DNA of 64,000 nucleotides, from positions 62,001 through 126,000 of the forward strand of contig NW_020846568.1 of NCBI RefSeq assembly GCF_003704095.1, in the 5' to 3' direction. The DNA comes from Pocillopora damicornis (taxonomy: Eukaryota). This document shows, piece by piece, positions 22,384 to 34,407 of this stretch. Both the position numbers and the translations under genes were made by a program. The stretch's first letter is position 1; each line of letters begins with the position of its first letter. The notes beneath the pieces were generated by a model that had not been told where the DNA came from, ran no database searches, and worked only from the letters and a program-made list of their open reading frames with translations.

Positions 22384-25300
22384 ATGTATCACAATTATTA
22401 TCTTCTGCTTCAAGGATTCCTTTTGCTTGCTTCCCTCGAGGAATTGTCGTTTCTCAATAATGGTGAGTAGCCTAAGGTATATCTTAGATGCTTCTGACTC
22501 TTAGCGAGATACCGGAATTACAAACAAATGGGTTTTGTTTGATTTAAATTCTTAGCCAGTTTGGTATTTGTAACAACGACAATTTCTCGACACCTTTCCA
22601 AAAATGTAATTAATTTTCTATTTACGGGCCTAAGTTTGAAGAAAGGGTTCAGCGTTCATAAACTCGGGAAAGGGAAAGCTGGTTCCATTCTTTAATTTAA
22701 GATTCTCTTTGAAATTTTATTCATGCATAAGTCTACTTGAAAAAATAAGTTTTTTAGACAAACCATTTCATCATTAAGGTTCGTTTAATGAATTTAGGAT
22801 ATTCCTCTTAAAGAGGCGAAATGCCATTACAGACTTTTTTGTTATCTTGCTGTTAAAACAGGCTATTGGCTATTTTTTCAAAACGATGATAGAAGCCCTG
22901 ATACAATTCTTATCTGTTGAAGGTTCCTTTTGACACCTTATGGTGAAAATCATATTTTCTACAGAAATATATAGGAGATACAGTTCGTCTTCAGTTGTTT
23001 CGCCATTATGAAGCAAAATCGAGTTTAGCCAAATCTTAGAAATTGTCTCACTTCCCGTAGTCAATTTGTGTAACTGTCAACATAAACGGTTTTTTTATTA
23101 CTATTTTGCTTTTTGAAATCTTACTAAAATTGGAATATTTCAAGCAAATAATTAACAATGTACTTTAAAAAAATAAAATAAACCTTATCAATCCTATTAA
23201 AGACGAATTTTAATTTATCTTGACTTTTCGTACGTAGTTCTTTCTAGAATGCCTTTTTTCCCCTGAAGTTGAAATTAAGATAATCATGATGTTTTGACTA
23301 AGAAGAGAAACCGCAAATAGAAATCATCGACTCTATTAAAAACAATTATTGATACTAAGATGGTTGTTTCCCCTTTTAGTTGGAGAGTGGTAAGCCGCTT
23401 TTAAATTCTCATTTTTAATTCATTAAACCCTTTTTGAATGGGCCAAAACTGCTGAACCTTAATAAACCCAAACTCAGGGAATGAAAAACTGTTATTATTA
23501 CCTCCTTTTGCGATGTTGTGACAGCATTTTATGCGGATCAATTCTCGGTCACTATGATGAAAATTTAATCAATTGTTTGGGGTGAGACAGCACAAAGTAT
23601 AACAAGTAGAAAAATTATTTAAACTTCTTGCTGAACACAGCAAGAATCAACATGAAAGTGTTTCACGTTTTTTTTTTCATTTCTTTTCCTTTTAATATAT
23701 GCAATATAAAGCCCAGGTGTTGAAACGAAAGTATCCATCCATTCGTGGCTTCATTTACCAGTCACTCATTCACTAACTAATTCGCTTACTCACTCGCGCA
23801 AGCACTCACCTATTTCACTCATCTATCCATTCATTCTTTCATTTTCTTTTTTCATTTATTCGTTCACTTGTCTTTACAACTATTATTTATTCATGCATGC
23901 ATTCATTTATCTGTTTCCTTGAAATATAATTCGCTCAGTGAGCTTTGTTTTGTTAACGTTATAATTTATCTCCTTTTAGGTGCGCTGTATCAAGTGAGCG
24001 CCTTCAAAACCAAACGCAGTTGCCAGGATGACACGATGAACCTACATTGCCCGGCCCCTAAGGTGCTGAAGATCTATGGTGCAACTTACGATCAAACGAA
24101 AAGTGACAATTGCACAAGGAAATCTGAATATTGTGCTCTTGATGATAAAAAAAATTTGACAAGTGAGCGTTGCGAAGGAAAAACGGCGTGCAATGTCACA
24201 GCAGATACGAGTACAATGGGAGACAATTGTCCCGGCATGTTGACCCTTAAGTATCTGAAAGTCATGTATAGGTGTGGTAAGTAATGAATTATCGCAATAA
24301 AACACCGATCAGTTTTTAAGGGTGAGACAGTTTAAGTTAGAACCGTAGACATTACTTGTAAATCTTACTTTTGCTTTTAATAGATTAAGAAAAAATCAAA
24401 ATGGTGGCGTTCCTGAATAATATTTTGAATAATTGCAAATCTATGCGTAAACGTATGTAATGTAAGGCCAAGGCTTTGTAAGGAAAGTATCCATCCATTT
24501 GTGGCTTCATTAATTCATTTGGTCACTCGCTCAAGCACTCAATCATTCACTCGTCCATACATTTATTATTCGTTCATGTATGTATTCACTTATTCGTTTC
24601 TTTGAAATTTTTCTTGATCAGGGGGCTTTTTATTTTTTTTAAAGTTCTAATTCATCTCTGTTTAGGACCGCCATGTACGGTTCCATGTAAGGACATCAAA
24701 ATTAAATACATCTGCCAGGGTGACTCGATGTATTTAAGTTGCACGGCCTCAAAGGTGCTTAATATCATAAAGGCAAGATACGGGCGAGAGAAAAAAGATA
24801 AAAAAAAAATTTGCGTAGGGAGAAGGATGGATTATGTCAACACTGCTGAATATTGCGCCCCAGATGATAGGGAAGATTTTGTAAAAGGGCGTTGTGAAGG
24901 ACGCACAAAGTGTAATTTCACAGTAGATACGAGTACCATGGGAGACAAGTGTCCGGGCATGTCGGTCCATAAGGATCTGAATGTCGTGTATGGCTGCGGT
25001 AAGTAATAAATTTCCATGATAAATCTCCAAAATATCATGATTTGCGTTACATCCTATCTTGCATCTATTTGATCTGTTCTTTGAGATTATGGAAGAAATT
25101 CTGGCATTACAGAATTATGATGAGCCGGTGAAGGGTCAGAGATGTAGCATTTCTTTTTTACTTGAAATTTTTAGTAGAGAAAGTATCACTTACACCACCT
25201 ACGACCGTACCCCCTACTGCGTTCGCCGAAAACAAGTCTACAACGGTATTGACAAAACCTTCCTCACCCTTTAACTACGCAACTCAGTCCACGACGACTG

Positions 25301-25452
25301 AGATGAGCCCGAAGTATCCTGACGACAATGATGAAGAAGACGACTCCGCTGGTTATGGCTTTGTCATATATAATACTGGATACGGCAATCAGATCTCTCA
25401 TGTAATGACAGCCTTGCTGTTTGTTGTAAATTTTCATTTTCAACCTCTGTAA
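22384..25452 (+). CDS. Lectin A: two SUEL (galactose/rhamnose-binding) domains, Ser/Thr-rich stalk, probable GPI-anchor signal
   Basis: Exons 22384-22462 (MYHNYYLLLQGFLLLASLEELSFLNN, gtgagt), 23980-24276 (SUEL 1, 8 Cys, DNCPG..KYL), 24666-24998 (SUEL 2, ARYGR, DKCPG) and 25175-25452 (Thr-rich, acidic patch, hydrophobic C-terminus). All introns are phase-1 GT-AG. Confidence 0.8.
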
Positions 25453-25744
25453 TTATCAAGTCGCCAAGCAACCGCTAAATTCTACACTTGGAACTCTAAG
25501 CAAACGACAATTAAACACGAACAAGCCTGACGACCAACAAATGGGGATATTAAGTCAACCAAACATTTGGCGCCCCTTTATTGTCTGTTTGGTGACTACG
25601 TTAAAAACAATTCTTCGTGTATTACTTATTTCTAATATATAATTAATCAATCCAAGATAATTCTGATCTTAAGAAAAGGTTGAATATTACCTTCTGACAG
25701 ACATCATTTCTTGAGCCGTGGTCGTAATCGCTTAAACTCCAGAG

Positions 25745-25880
25745 CCCAGTTGTTGAGAGGGTAGATAACGCAATCCAACGGATAAATTACAATCCAGTGG
25801 ATACTGACCCAACAAACATACTGCGCTATCTATTGGATAGAGATTCATCCAGTGGATAGCGTTATCCATCTCTGAACAAA
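25745..25880. mobile_element. MITE-like element with terminal inverted repeats
   Basis: ttgttgagagggtagataacgc and gcgttatccatctctgaacaa form an imperfect inverted pair, with internal atccagtggata palindromes. Confidence 0.65.
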
Positions 25881-27234
25881 AGGTTACAGATTTTTAAAAC
25901 AATAGGAATTTTCAAGAGAAAAAGTGTCATGCAGTTTTAAGTGATTTTATTGTCCTTTAAAATTCAATTGCACTCCTGGGTCTTTCAAAGGTCTTTTGGT
26001 TTACATGTCGATAGGAGTAGTAAGGCGTGGCTCAGCATTTTTAGCCACATGTCAGTTAACGAAAATATTGCTATATTGCAGGATGGTCAAAAGAAAAAAA
26101 TCAGCCTTCATCCATCCTTTGAAATCAACTGATAAATTAATGAATAATTACTCCAGAAAGAAATAGAAATAAAAATATTGATTATGTCGGTCGCAAGTTG
26201 GAAACGGAATAAATTCAGATGCTGACGTTTAAATGATTCGTTCGGAAAGAAACGACAAGACAACGCTCTTTTCGCATGAGTCAATTGAATAAAATTATAA
26301 TATTTGTTTTTATTTTACATTATGGTTGACTGATTAAAAAGGTTTTTATTAGTATCTAGATAGTTTTGTTACTTTGTGAATTAGGGAGTTGAATGAAACA
26401 GAGGTTTTCTTGTTAGCTCCCCCGTACATTTTAAGTTTCAGGCGGCAGAAAGTGAGAGAAGAAAAGAAGGGAAAAGTAAATAAAACAGCAACATCAACAA
26501 CAATAAAGAAGAATTAAAAGATAAAATAAAAGAAACAGTTAGGAGAAAAGTCAGTTGAACTGTAATAATTTTAAAGGAAGCGGCTTAATTTCCTCTTGTT
26601 CTGACAGCAGATAATGTTTCACTTGCCTTGGAAATTAAATTACACTTGCGTTTTTGAAGAGGGTGGAAGGTCATTCCAAATACCGATTGCCATGAAAGAA
26701 ATGTATTGTTTACCCACATTAGTTCGCACTTCAGGCTGGTAAAGATTCTGTCTGGCTGCCTAGCTTGTGCGGCAGCCATGAATATTACTAGCATGTCGGA
26801 ACATGTCAAATTTGTTAAATTTGCTTTGTTAAAAGGGCTTAAATGCAAGAATTTTTCCACAGAAAGTCGATAAACATTTTCTATTGTTAAGAGGCCTAAT
26901 AAATTAATTAGAGTTTGGGAACTACCTCTTTATTTAAAAGTTTTAGAAGATTTTTTAGAAAAATACTGAAGTTGAAACAATACTGGATGGTCATCCAACC
27001 TGCCTCCTTTACTCAAATTTCTTACCTTTGACTAAAATAGGCGAGCAAGATGATTTGGGTGGATCCTATTGTTAAATGTGTTAAGTGAGTTCAGCTTCTC
27101 TCAGTTATAGAGATATTATAGAGATATTACAAATCTCCGCTTAAAATATATTGAGCAGAACATATCCAATAAGAGCATGCACACCAAGTGGCTCGTGAAA
27201 TATTGACAAGTACCTTTACGAGGCTAAGAGACTA

Positions 27235-27260
27235 AACAACAACAACAACAACAACAACAA
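27235..27260. repeat. (AAC)n microsatellite
   Basis: About 8 tandem AAC units. Confidence 0.9.
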
Positions 27261-30200
27261 AAGCTCACGTTGCAAAATGTGTAATTCAAAACAACAATTC
27301 ACTTTTTGGAGCTTCTAAAAGACTGAAGTACTCCACATTTGCTTTCCAGCTACCACCCTAACATGGCTAAAAAGTCAACTTAAATTGTTGTGTGCGCAGA
27401 TAAAGAATTCTTCTTGTGAAATATAGTCAAAAGTCTTTTATACAACCACGGTCTGATCGATTAGCCTCGAGAACACCAGGGAAATTACTCTTAACTTAAG
27501 TTAATATACCAAGTGCTGGCCATCAACTCACGAGAACAGTGAAACAACCAGTTTAAGATAAATAAACGTATTAATTATATTACGGGTAAATTGCACTTTC
27601 GGCTCAAGAATACGATGTAGAATTTGAATCTTAAATCGCATGATCATTTGTCAATGCTATCTTAATAGTGTAATAAAAATGCAAATGTATTTTCAGCCGA
27701 GTTCAGCCGTTGCGATTAAATATTTAACAGCCAAATAGAGGTTAATGTATCATTTCCACCGACGTTAGAAATCGAAGCGAGCTGAAAGCTATAGGAATCA
27801 AAAGATGTTTTTTTTCTACAGGATGCTACCACCGCCTGAATTCATGGATCAAATCTCGTAGCTCCCAAGGCTATAAGCGGAATCGTGTTATCAACGTGCC
27901 TTGTTTTCATACTAACCCCAATGAACTTCAAACGCCTATAAGTATAAAAAATTATGTAAGTCTCTTAGTTTCTGAGATTGGAGAGTCTAAGGTTAAGTCT
28001 ATAATTTCATGAGAGATGTTGCACTAGATTCAGAGATCAAAACTTACTCTATCTCGGCCGAAGGAAATTCTAACTGACGGTTTTTAAGAAATTTATTTAA
28101 CTGCAGATTGAGAGTGGATATAGTCTATGCAAATTTTCGGTATAAATATCCTGCATTTAGGAACTTCCCTTTTCAGCTCACACTCTGGGTTCGGCAAGAA
28201 TCGGAATACGAGGAAAGTTTCTAACTGACCCCTCGAACCATTAACCTTCCCTCTCTCCGTCTCCTTCCCTTTCGAAAAAGACAACAACTACCCACTCGCA
28301 AGTCGTGGGAAACAATATTGTTGAAAGTCGATAGAATTTATGATTTATTATTTTCTTGAGAAGAGAGAATTTGGTTAATTAATTGAATATTTTTTGTACT
28401 CATCTTCAAACCCTTTTGTCGCGTCAGTGGTTTAACCTCTATCCTCCCATTAAAGTGACAAAAATAGCTAATTAAAGGGGGATCGATATTTAATATAGGT
28501 TAACTGTCACAAGCGAGGGAACGCGCGTATGATCGAAGCAACAATCAATTTTAATCTTGTGTCTGACTGGTTAAGAAGGCAGCACCAGTTTAATTTCTAG
28601 GGTGTATAAATTTTTGTATCTAGAAATCAAATGATGGTTGAAAAATAATGGTTTCCCAGAATTTAGGATGCAAAGACAACACGGAGTCTTTTCCCGCAAC
28701 CGAAAAATACCGTTTAAAATCAACTGCAAAAGTACAGATCTGCTTAAGCCATTCAATTTTCGACCGAAAAGCTTATGCAGTCATTCCCTATTTTACTTTT
28801 CGTCCGCTAATCACAACCAATTTAAAGCAGGAACCAATGACCGCGATCGGTAGGAGAAATGTTGTGGAAGAGAGAGGCAACGAGAGACAACATGTACAAT
28901 TCTGTCTTTAGGGAGACAAATCCCACAGTCCGTTAATTTTCGTGCTCATTCTTGTTCATCACTTTCCTGCGTAAAGCCCTTTCGAAAATGCTCTCTCGTC
29001 TTGTTTAAGCCGCAATATTACCATTATAAAAGGAAAAATTTGAAAAAAGTCGAAATCAGTATCTTTTTTTCAGTTTTCAGAAAAAAACATTCCCCTTATA
29101 ACGAAAGCACACTAACAAGACCACCCATCGGCTTTCGAGCAGACTCTGCTAACTTCTCGCTGTCATTGGTTCAACGTCAAGGACGTGCGGGAGTGGGCGT
29201 TCTACACTAGTGGGTACACAATGGTAGTCAGCACAATAGCTCCCAAAATGAAAGAGTTCGTCCGAAGCCTTGTAAGCATCATATATCGCTATCAAAATAC
29301 TACTTTCAAGAGTAATACAGCGTGTTCTAAAGGACAGTTTTGTTGAAAATTATAGTTAAGTCTTGGCTTACAATCTTAGCAAAATTTCGAATGAGACTCT
29401 GATGTCATTTCTCTTGCGTCAAAGATAATCTACGATTGCTTTCTCTTATGTTCATGAGTCCTTCATCGAGTTCCTTAAAAATTCCTAGCTTTGTAAATGT
29501 TGAACTGTCCATTTTGTGACTCGCGAACCATGATGATTCAGAGCCATATTGCACTTGTATCATAGTAATTGCTAAGTGACGAGAGGGGACATTTTTTTAA
29601 AATTTCCTTTGCCTCGAAAAATGATTTCTCAGGGAGTTACAACTAACAAGATAATTGATAAATAAAGTGACAAGTGGAACGCGATGAATGACTGAAATAT
29701 GAAGCGAGTGACAAGCTACGCCATTCATGACAGCAAAACAAGAAAATAGGAAATATACTTCGAGTGAGCTTTGGAGTACTCATCAAGAAAAACGAAATTT
29801 GGACAAGATGATTTTTGTTATAAAATACAGCCCTTTCCCAAATGTTTGCGTGTCAATTAAGGCAGCAGACAAACCCTTTTAAATGCGTGGCTTTTTTTCT
29901 TATGTAGCTAATTGTATCGTTAATTCATGATATTTAGTAATCCAAGCCTTCTCCAAGTCTTGGTCACAAAAAATCTGAGGATAAGTCCTTAAGAAATCTC
30001 TTGTACCTAAACGTGTTTGTCGACGAGATTTGTTCAAGTCGTACGTATCGCACTAATCATGATCGAATGATCTGCAAGTTCTACAACTAAGATATCAAAA
30101 CAGCCCATTTACTTAATGAGCTGTTTGATGGTTTCATCCTTAATCGTGGAGTGCTGATTTTCAATTGGCTGGTCTAAAGCTTGATTGAGCTAAAAACGGA

Positions 30201-31306
30201 TACCAATGTAAATAGCATGATGAGCGAGTTCCAAAAGAAGAGTCAGCCTAGACAATTACCATAAAGCACTGTTCAATGTCTTTTTATTTAGTTGTAGAAT
30301 CATTATGGTGACTTGCTTAAAGATGGACTAAGCTAGAAACGAGCACCTCAACGAACCGAAGGAAACAGCATCTTGGCAGGTCTCCACGGGTAAAAGTTAA
30401 ATCCAGTTAAGGAGATTCACAAAATTTATTCAAGCTTTTAGGCCATTGGCTGACCCTGTAGACTTGCCGCGCATAAATGAGTAGTTTCGTGAGTTAACCT
30501 GCTGTATCAAAAAGCACTCTACGGAGAAAGTCAATGTTTTCATCGTTAAATTAACGCCTACTTCTCTACTTATAACAACAAAACACGCATTAGCTCGCAA
30601 CATCTCAACACTGTTAATTTCAATAAATTTCGTAAACAAAAAACTTTTAAATGCTCCTGGACGAGATTGTGCATGTTTTTTCGTGATAATCGAATGAACA
30701 ATTATGGCAGATCATTATTGATTGAAACCTTTAGTAAATGAAATTTGATGTCCCAAAAAAATTTTATATCTTACCTGTAAAGCTAGGCTAAAGTCGTGTT
30801 TAAGGATGTTTTAGTAAATAAATAACGTTAAAAGGGTAGACAACTCGCTGTTTTGGAAATAAATGAGCCAGAAAGGAAAGACAATTTAATTTAGTTATTT
30901 TGTTTGATTTAAAATTCCCTTAACATATTTTCACAGATGTGCTGGAAATGACGAGCTCGCACCTAAGGTGAGTGTCGCAGAAATTTGAAGTTGTTATGAA
31001 TTTTAGTTATTCTCGGTGAATCGAAGCTGCCGTTTATGTTCGAGACAACGCGAAATTTTGATTACGCAAAAACCAGTTTAATTGTTGACACATGCGAGGG
31101 TGCCCCGATTTTGATATATAATTCATAAGATGTTAATTGGACGATTTAGCAACCAGAAAAACGTAACATTTTTGTTATTACCGTCCATTCGTACTTCAGG
31201 TCGTATCGTTCCTATCAACCTCGGTTCACTGGAGCTTAAGTTGTTAACAGGAGTGTAACGCATCGAATTCGTAAAGGCAGTCGTTCATAATCACTTACTT
31301 TCAAAT

Positions 31307-34300
31307 ATGTCGGCTGGGCGGTGCTGGATTTTCCTGATATCCTTAGCTTCCACTGTTACCGGCTTTACCGAAGTAAGAGCAGGTAAGACCTTTGTAGTGC
31401 TATAGATCGAAACAAATAAAAAGGAAGTTTTAAGACTACTAGGAAACTTTCTGTTTGGGACGATAAAATCGTGTTTTGAGGCTGAAAATTGTACCTTATC
31501 TATGATGCTTCTAGATATTTTGTGTAGAGAAAAAGTGACTTATATAGATAACTAAATATAAATATTTACACCAAGTTTATGGCCAAAAATGTATGGTTCA
31601 TTCCTTCGAATTTGCAGCTTATTGTTTTGAGTTGTGATCAATCAGTCTATTCCGGAAAACAAAGCTGAAATTCTAACAAATGAAAAAGACTTCCTTCAAA
31701 AAGCCGATGAAAAGAGGAAAATTCCATGAGATTCAACCCTGTTCGAAAGATAATTGGCATTTTCATTTGTAAACGTTAGATAAATTCTAATCATGATATT
31801 TACATAATCCTTACGGTTCTATTTTAATATTACTTATCTACCTTCTAATCACCCAACAAAACATTTCAGGCAAGATTTAAATGAAAAGAAGAACTTTGAT
31901 ATTTGTATGTTTGTATCGCTTGTCTCTTTGGTGTGCACGCGTTCGTAACAGACTTCGAATGTCATCTGACAATTTTTTTCGAAACGGATCGGAGAAAAGG
32001 AAAGATATGAAGCCAGTTCCTTTAGTTTATATGCTTCAAAGAGATAAACAAAGTTAATCCTTTTGAGGTCCTCTTTAAAAATTTTAATGTAAATTTGTGA
32101 GAGAACTTCTACCAAACGAAATGACAACAGTAGTTAATTGCTTTCAATTTTTAATGTTTACAGGAATTTTCCTTTAAACCAAGATTATTCTCAAACTAAT
32201 CCTAGATTTTTTTGTATCTATGAATGAATATATTTTTTGAATAGGTTTTCTAAAATTTTCAATGAAACCATATTTCCCACCTTGCAATGAAAGAAAAAGT
32301 TATTGACAGGAAAACAAGTATTTAACAGTGAATTATCTGTATAAACCGCAAAAGAGATTTAACACCTTGTTCGAAAAGCTCGAACGCGCCAGATCCCTCG
32401 GTGGACGCCAAATGCAAAGACGTATTTTGGAAGTGTCATATATTTTTACTGAAAAAGAAGACGCTGTGCACGCAAGGCAAATATTTCTTGTCAAGCTTTC
32501 CCTCGAAAAGCATAGATTGAAAAAAATAAAATTTTTTATGAAAATTTCCTTCGTTTGAAAAAAGGACCTACCAGAAATTGAACACAGACATTTCCAATTA
32601 AAAAAGCTTACAGCTGGCTAGTTTAGATTGTGTAAACGATTCTGGAAATTATCAAGGAAACTGAACAGGGTGTAACGGAAATTCTGTTTCGTTAAGATTT
32701 TCTCTTGTGACAGTCTCCCCACAAGTCTCACTGGGAAACTCAGTAGAGTTGTATGGCTGAACCATCTAAAATATTTTGTATCAACTGAAGTACAGAATTA
32801 GCGAAGTACTTTTGTCTCCATGACAAGTATAGTTTCGTGTGTTTTGAAAAGGACTAAAAAAAAACCAATTGTTTAAAAGACAAAAATTTTGTTAACTTTC
32901 TCATGAAAGGAAATTGCCTTTTGTCGATTTTTTTTTATGTATTAAAGGTCATTGCTTTATATAGGGAGTTGCATGTAACATTCAAATAATCATACAAAAT
33001 GACAAGTGGAAAGCTGTAAATGAATGAGTAAATGAAGCAATAAACAGAGCAGTTTGTAGGAATGCTTATTAATGATAATGATATTAAGCTCTGACGAAGG
33101 GCTAACGCTCGAAACGTCCGATCTGAAACTCTTTACGGTGGCTAACTTACGTTAACAACTCAGTTGATAATACTAAATTACCCTTTTATTCTCTCCCATT
33201 GACGCAGCACCACAGTTTCTTTGGAAACTTAAACCTTTGATAATTATAATGGCAGAGTTTTAAGTACTAAATAAGGAGCAGTCTTCATTGCATGAAAAAT
33301 CAGTAAACTCGTCCTTCTCCCTTAAGATGTTTAGTACCAATTCATTGAAATCTAACTTGTAGAAATAGACCGAAGAATTGTCCGCTCAAAGTACGTCTGC
33401 GAAAATGACGTCATGCACTTGAACTGCTCACCTAAAGTTCTTCGGATTGAGGGTGCTGACTTTGGTGAATCATCGGCTAGTATATGTACCAAAGGAGAAG
33501 TGTCAAGTCAGCGGTGTAATCTAGTAGAGGTGACTAACATATTGAAGACCGCATGTGACAACAAGAAAAACTGTTGGATCACAGCATTGGACCACATATT
33601 TGGCGATCCTTGCAAAGGGGTGAACGTCTCTAAACAAAGGAGTTCATCTGTTTATCTCAACGTCATGTTTGCTTGTGGTAAGCAAATTTCACCTTTGTCA
33701 TTGCCATGGTTGGACCTAGAGCGGGAGTTAGGGAGCCTTAGCTCTTCGTTTTTTGATAAGAAAATGATATTTTCAGCGTCATTGTGCAGTCGCATCATTT
33801 ATTGTAGGCATAGGGCCAACATGACTCACTCCCCTTCATACATTTTCGTTGTTCTCTGTCCTTGATCAAAGGTAATTGCTTATTAACGTACGTCTTTGTG
33901 ATTTAGATACCCCTTATCTCTATGATGTCTCGTTTAAAGACCTTTACCCTTTTTTGTTATCCTTCTACTCATGTTTTTCATTTATATTAGCTTCGATAAC
34001 TCAGTTATAATCCTCTTATTCTAAAAATCCCCTTAGTAAAACCAGTGAGCAGTGGGAAGTCAACAATAAGTACAACCTTCATTTCAACTGCTGAGAACAA
34101 TTCTATCATCGCCACTAACTCCACTGCCTCAATAACCTTCATTTCAACTACTGGGAACAATTCTATCAACGCCACTAACTCCACTGCTCCACCGATGAAA
34201 AGTACCGCGACGGCTAACAACACTCAAACGCTGCCTTTGACAACAACAAAGCCAAACACGAAGTCAGACAAAGAAATACCTGTATTTGATCCAAGCATGT

Positions 34301-34407
34301 CAGTATATTTGGGAGCACTCTCAGGCTCTATGCATGTACCGAGTTTTTCTTCTTTGGGTTTACTTGCCTGGATTTCCATATTTGGTATAATCAACTCTTA
34401 TTGCTGA
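31307..34407 (+). CDS. Lectin B: single SUEL domain, Ser/Thr/Asn-rich stalk, probable GPI-anchor signal
   Basis: Exons 31307-31382 (signal MSAGRCWIFLISLASTVTGFTEVRA, gtaaga), 33363-33677 (YVCEND..LNC..FGDPC..YLNVMFAC, gtaagc) and 34037-34407 (mucin-like stalk ending SSLGLLAWISIFGIINSYC*). Phase-1 introns. Confidence 0.8.
33088..33231 (+). mobile_element. Interspersed repeat beginning with a minimal hammerhead-ribozyme-like motif (Penelope-like element or retrozyme-type remnant), inside a lectin B intron
   Basis: gct-CTGACGA-a-GGGC-taac-GCTC-GAAA-cg-TC at 33088-33118 contains the CUGANGA and GAAA core boxes and a 4-bp stem II. A partial reverse-strand copy lies at 49784-49810. Confidence 0.6.
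34072..34187 (+). repeat. 60-bp coding tandem repeat (2 copies) in the lectin B stalk
   Basis: TTFISTAENNSIIATNSTA and ITFISTTGNNSINATNSTA, with near-identical nucleotide sequence at a 60-nt period. Confidence 0.85.

Noticed and set aside
33991-34036. Alternative acceptors (33990, 34004) for the last exon of lectin B
   Set aside because: Both give early in-frame stops. Only the AG at 34035-34036 joins the stalk frame.
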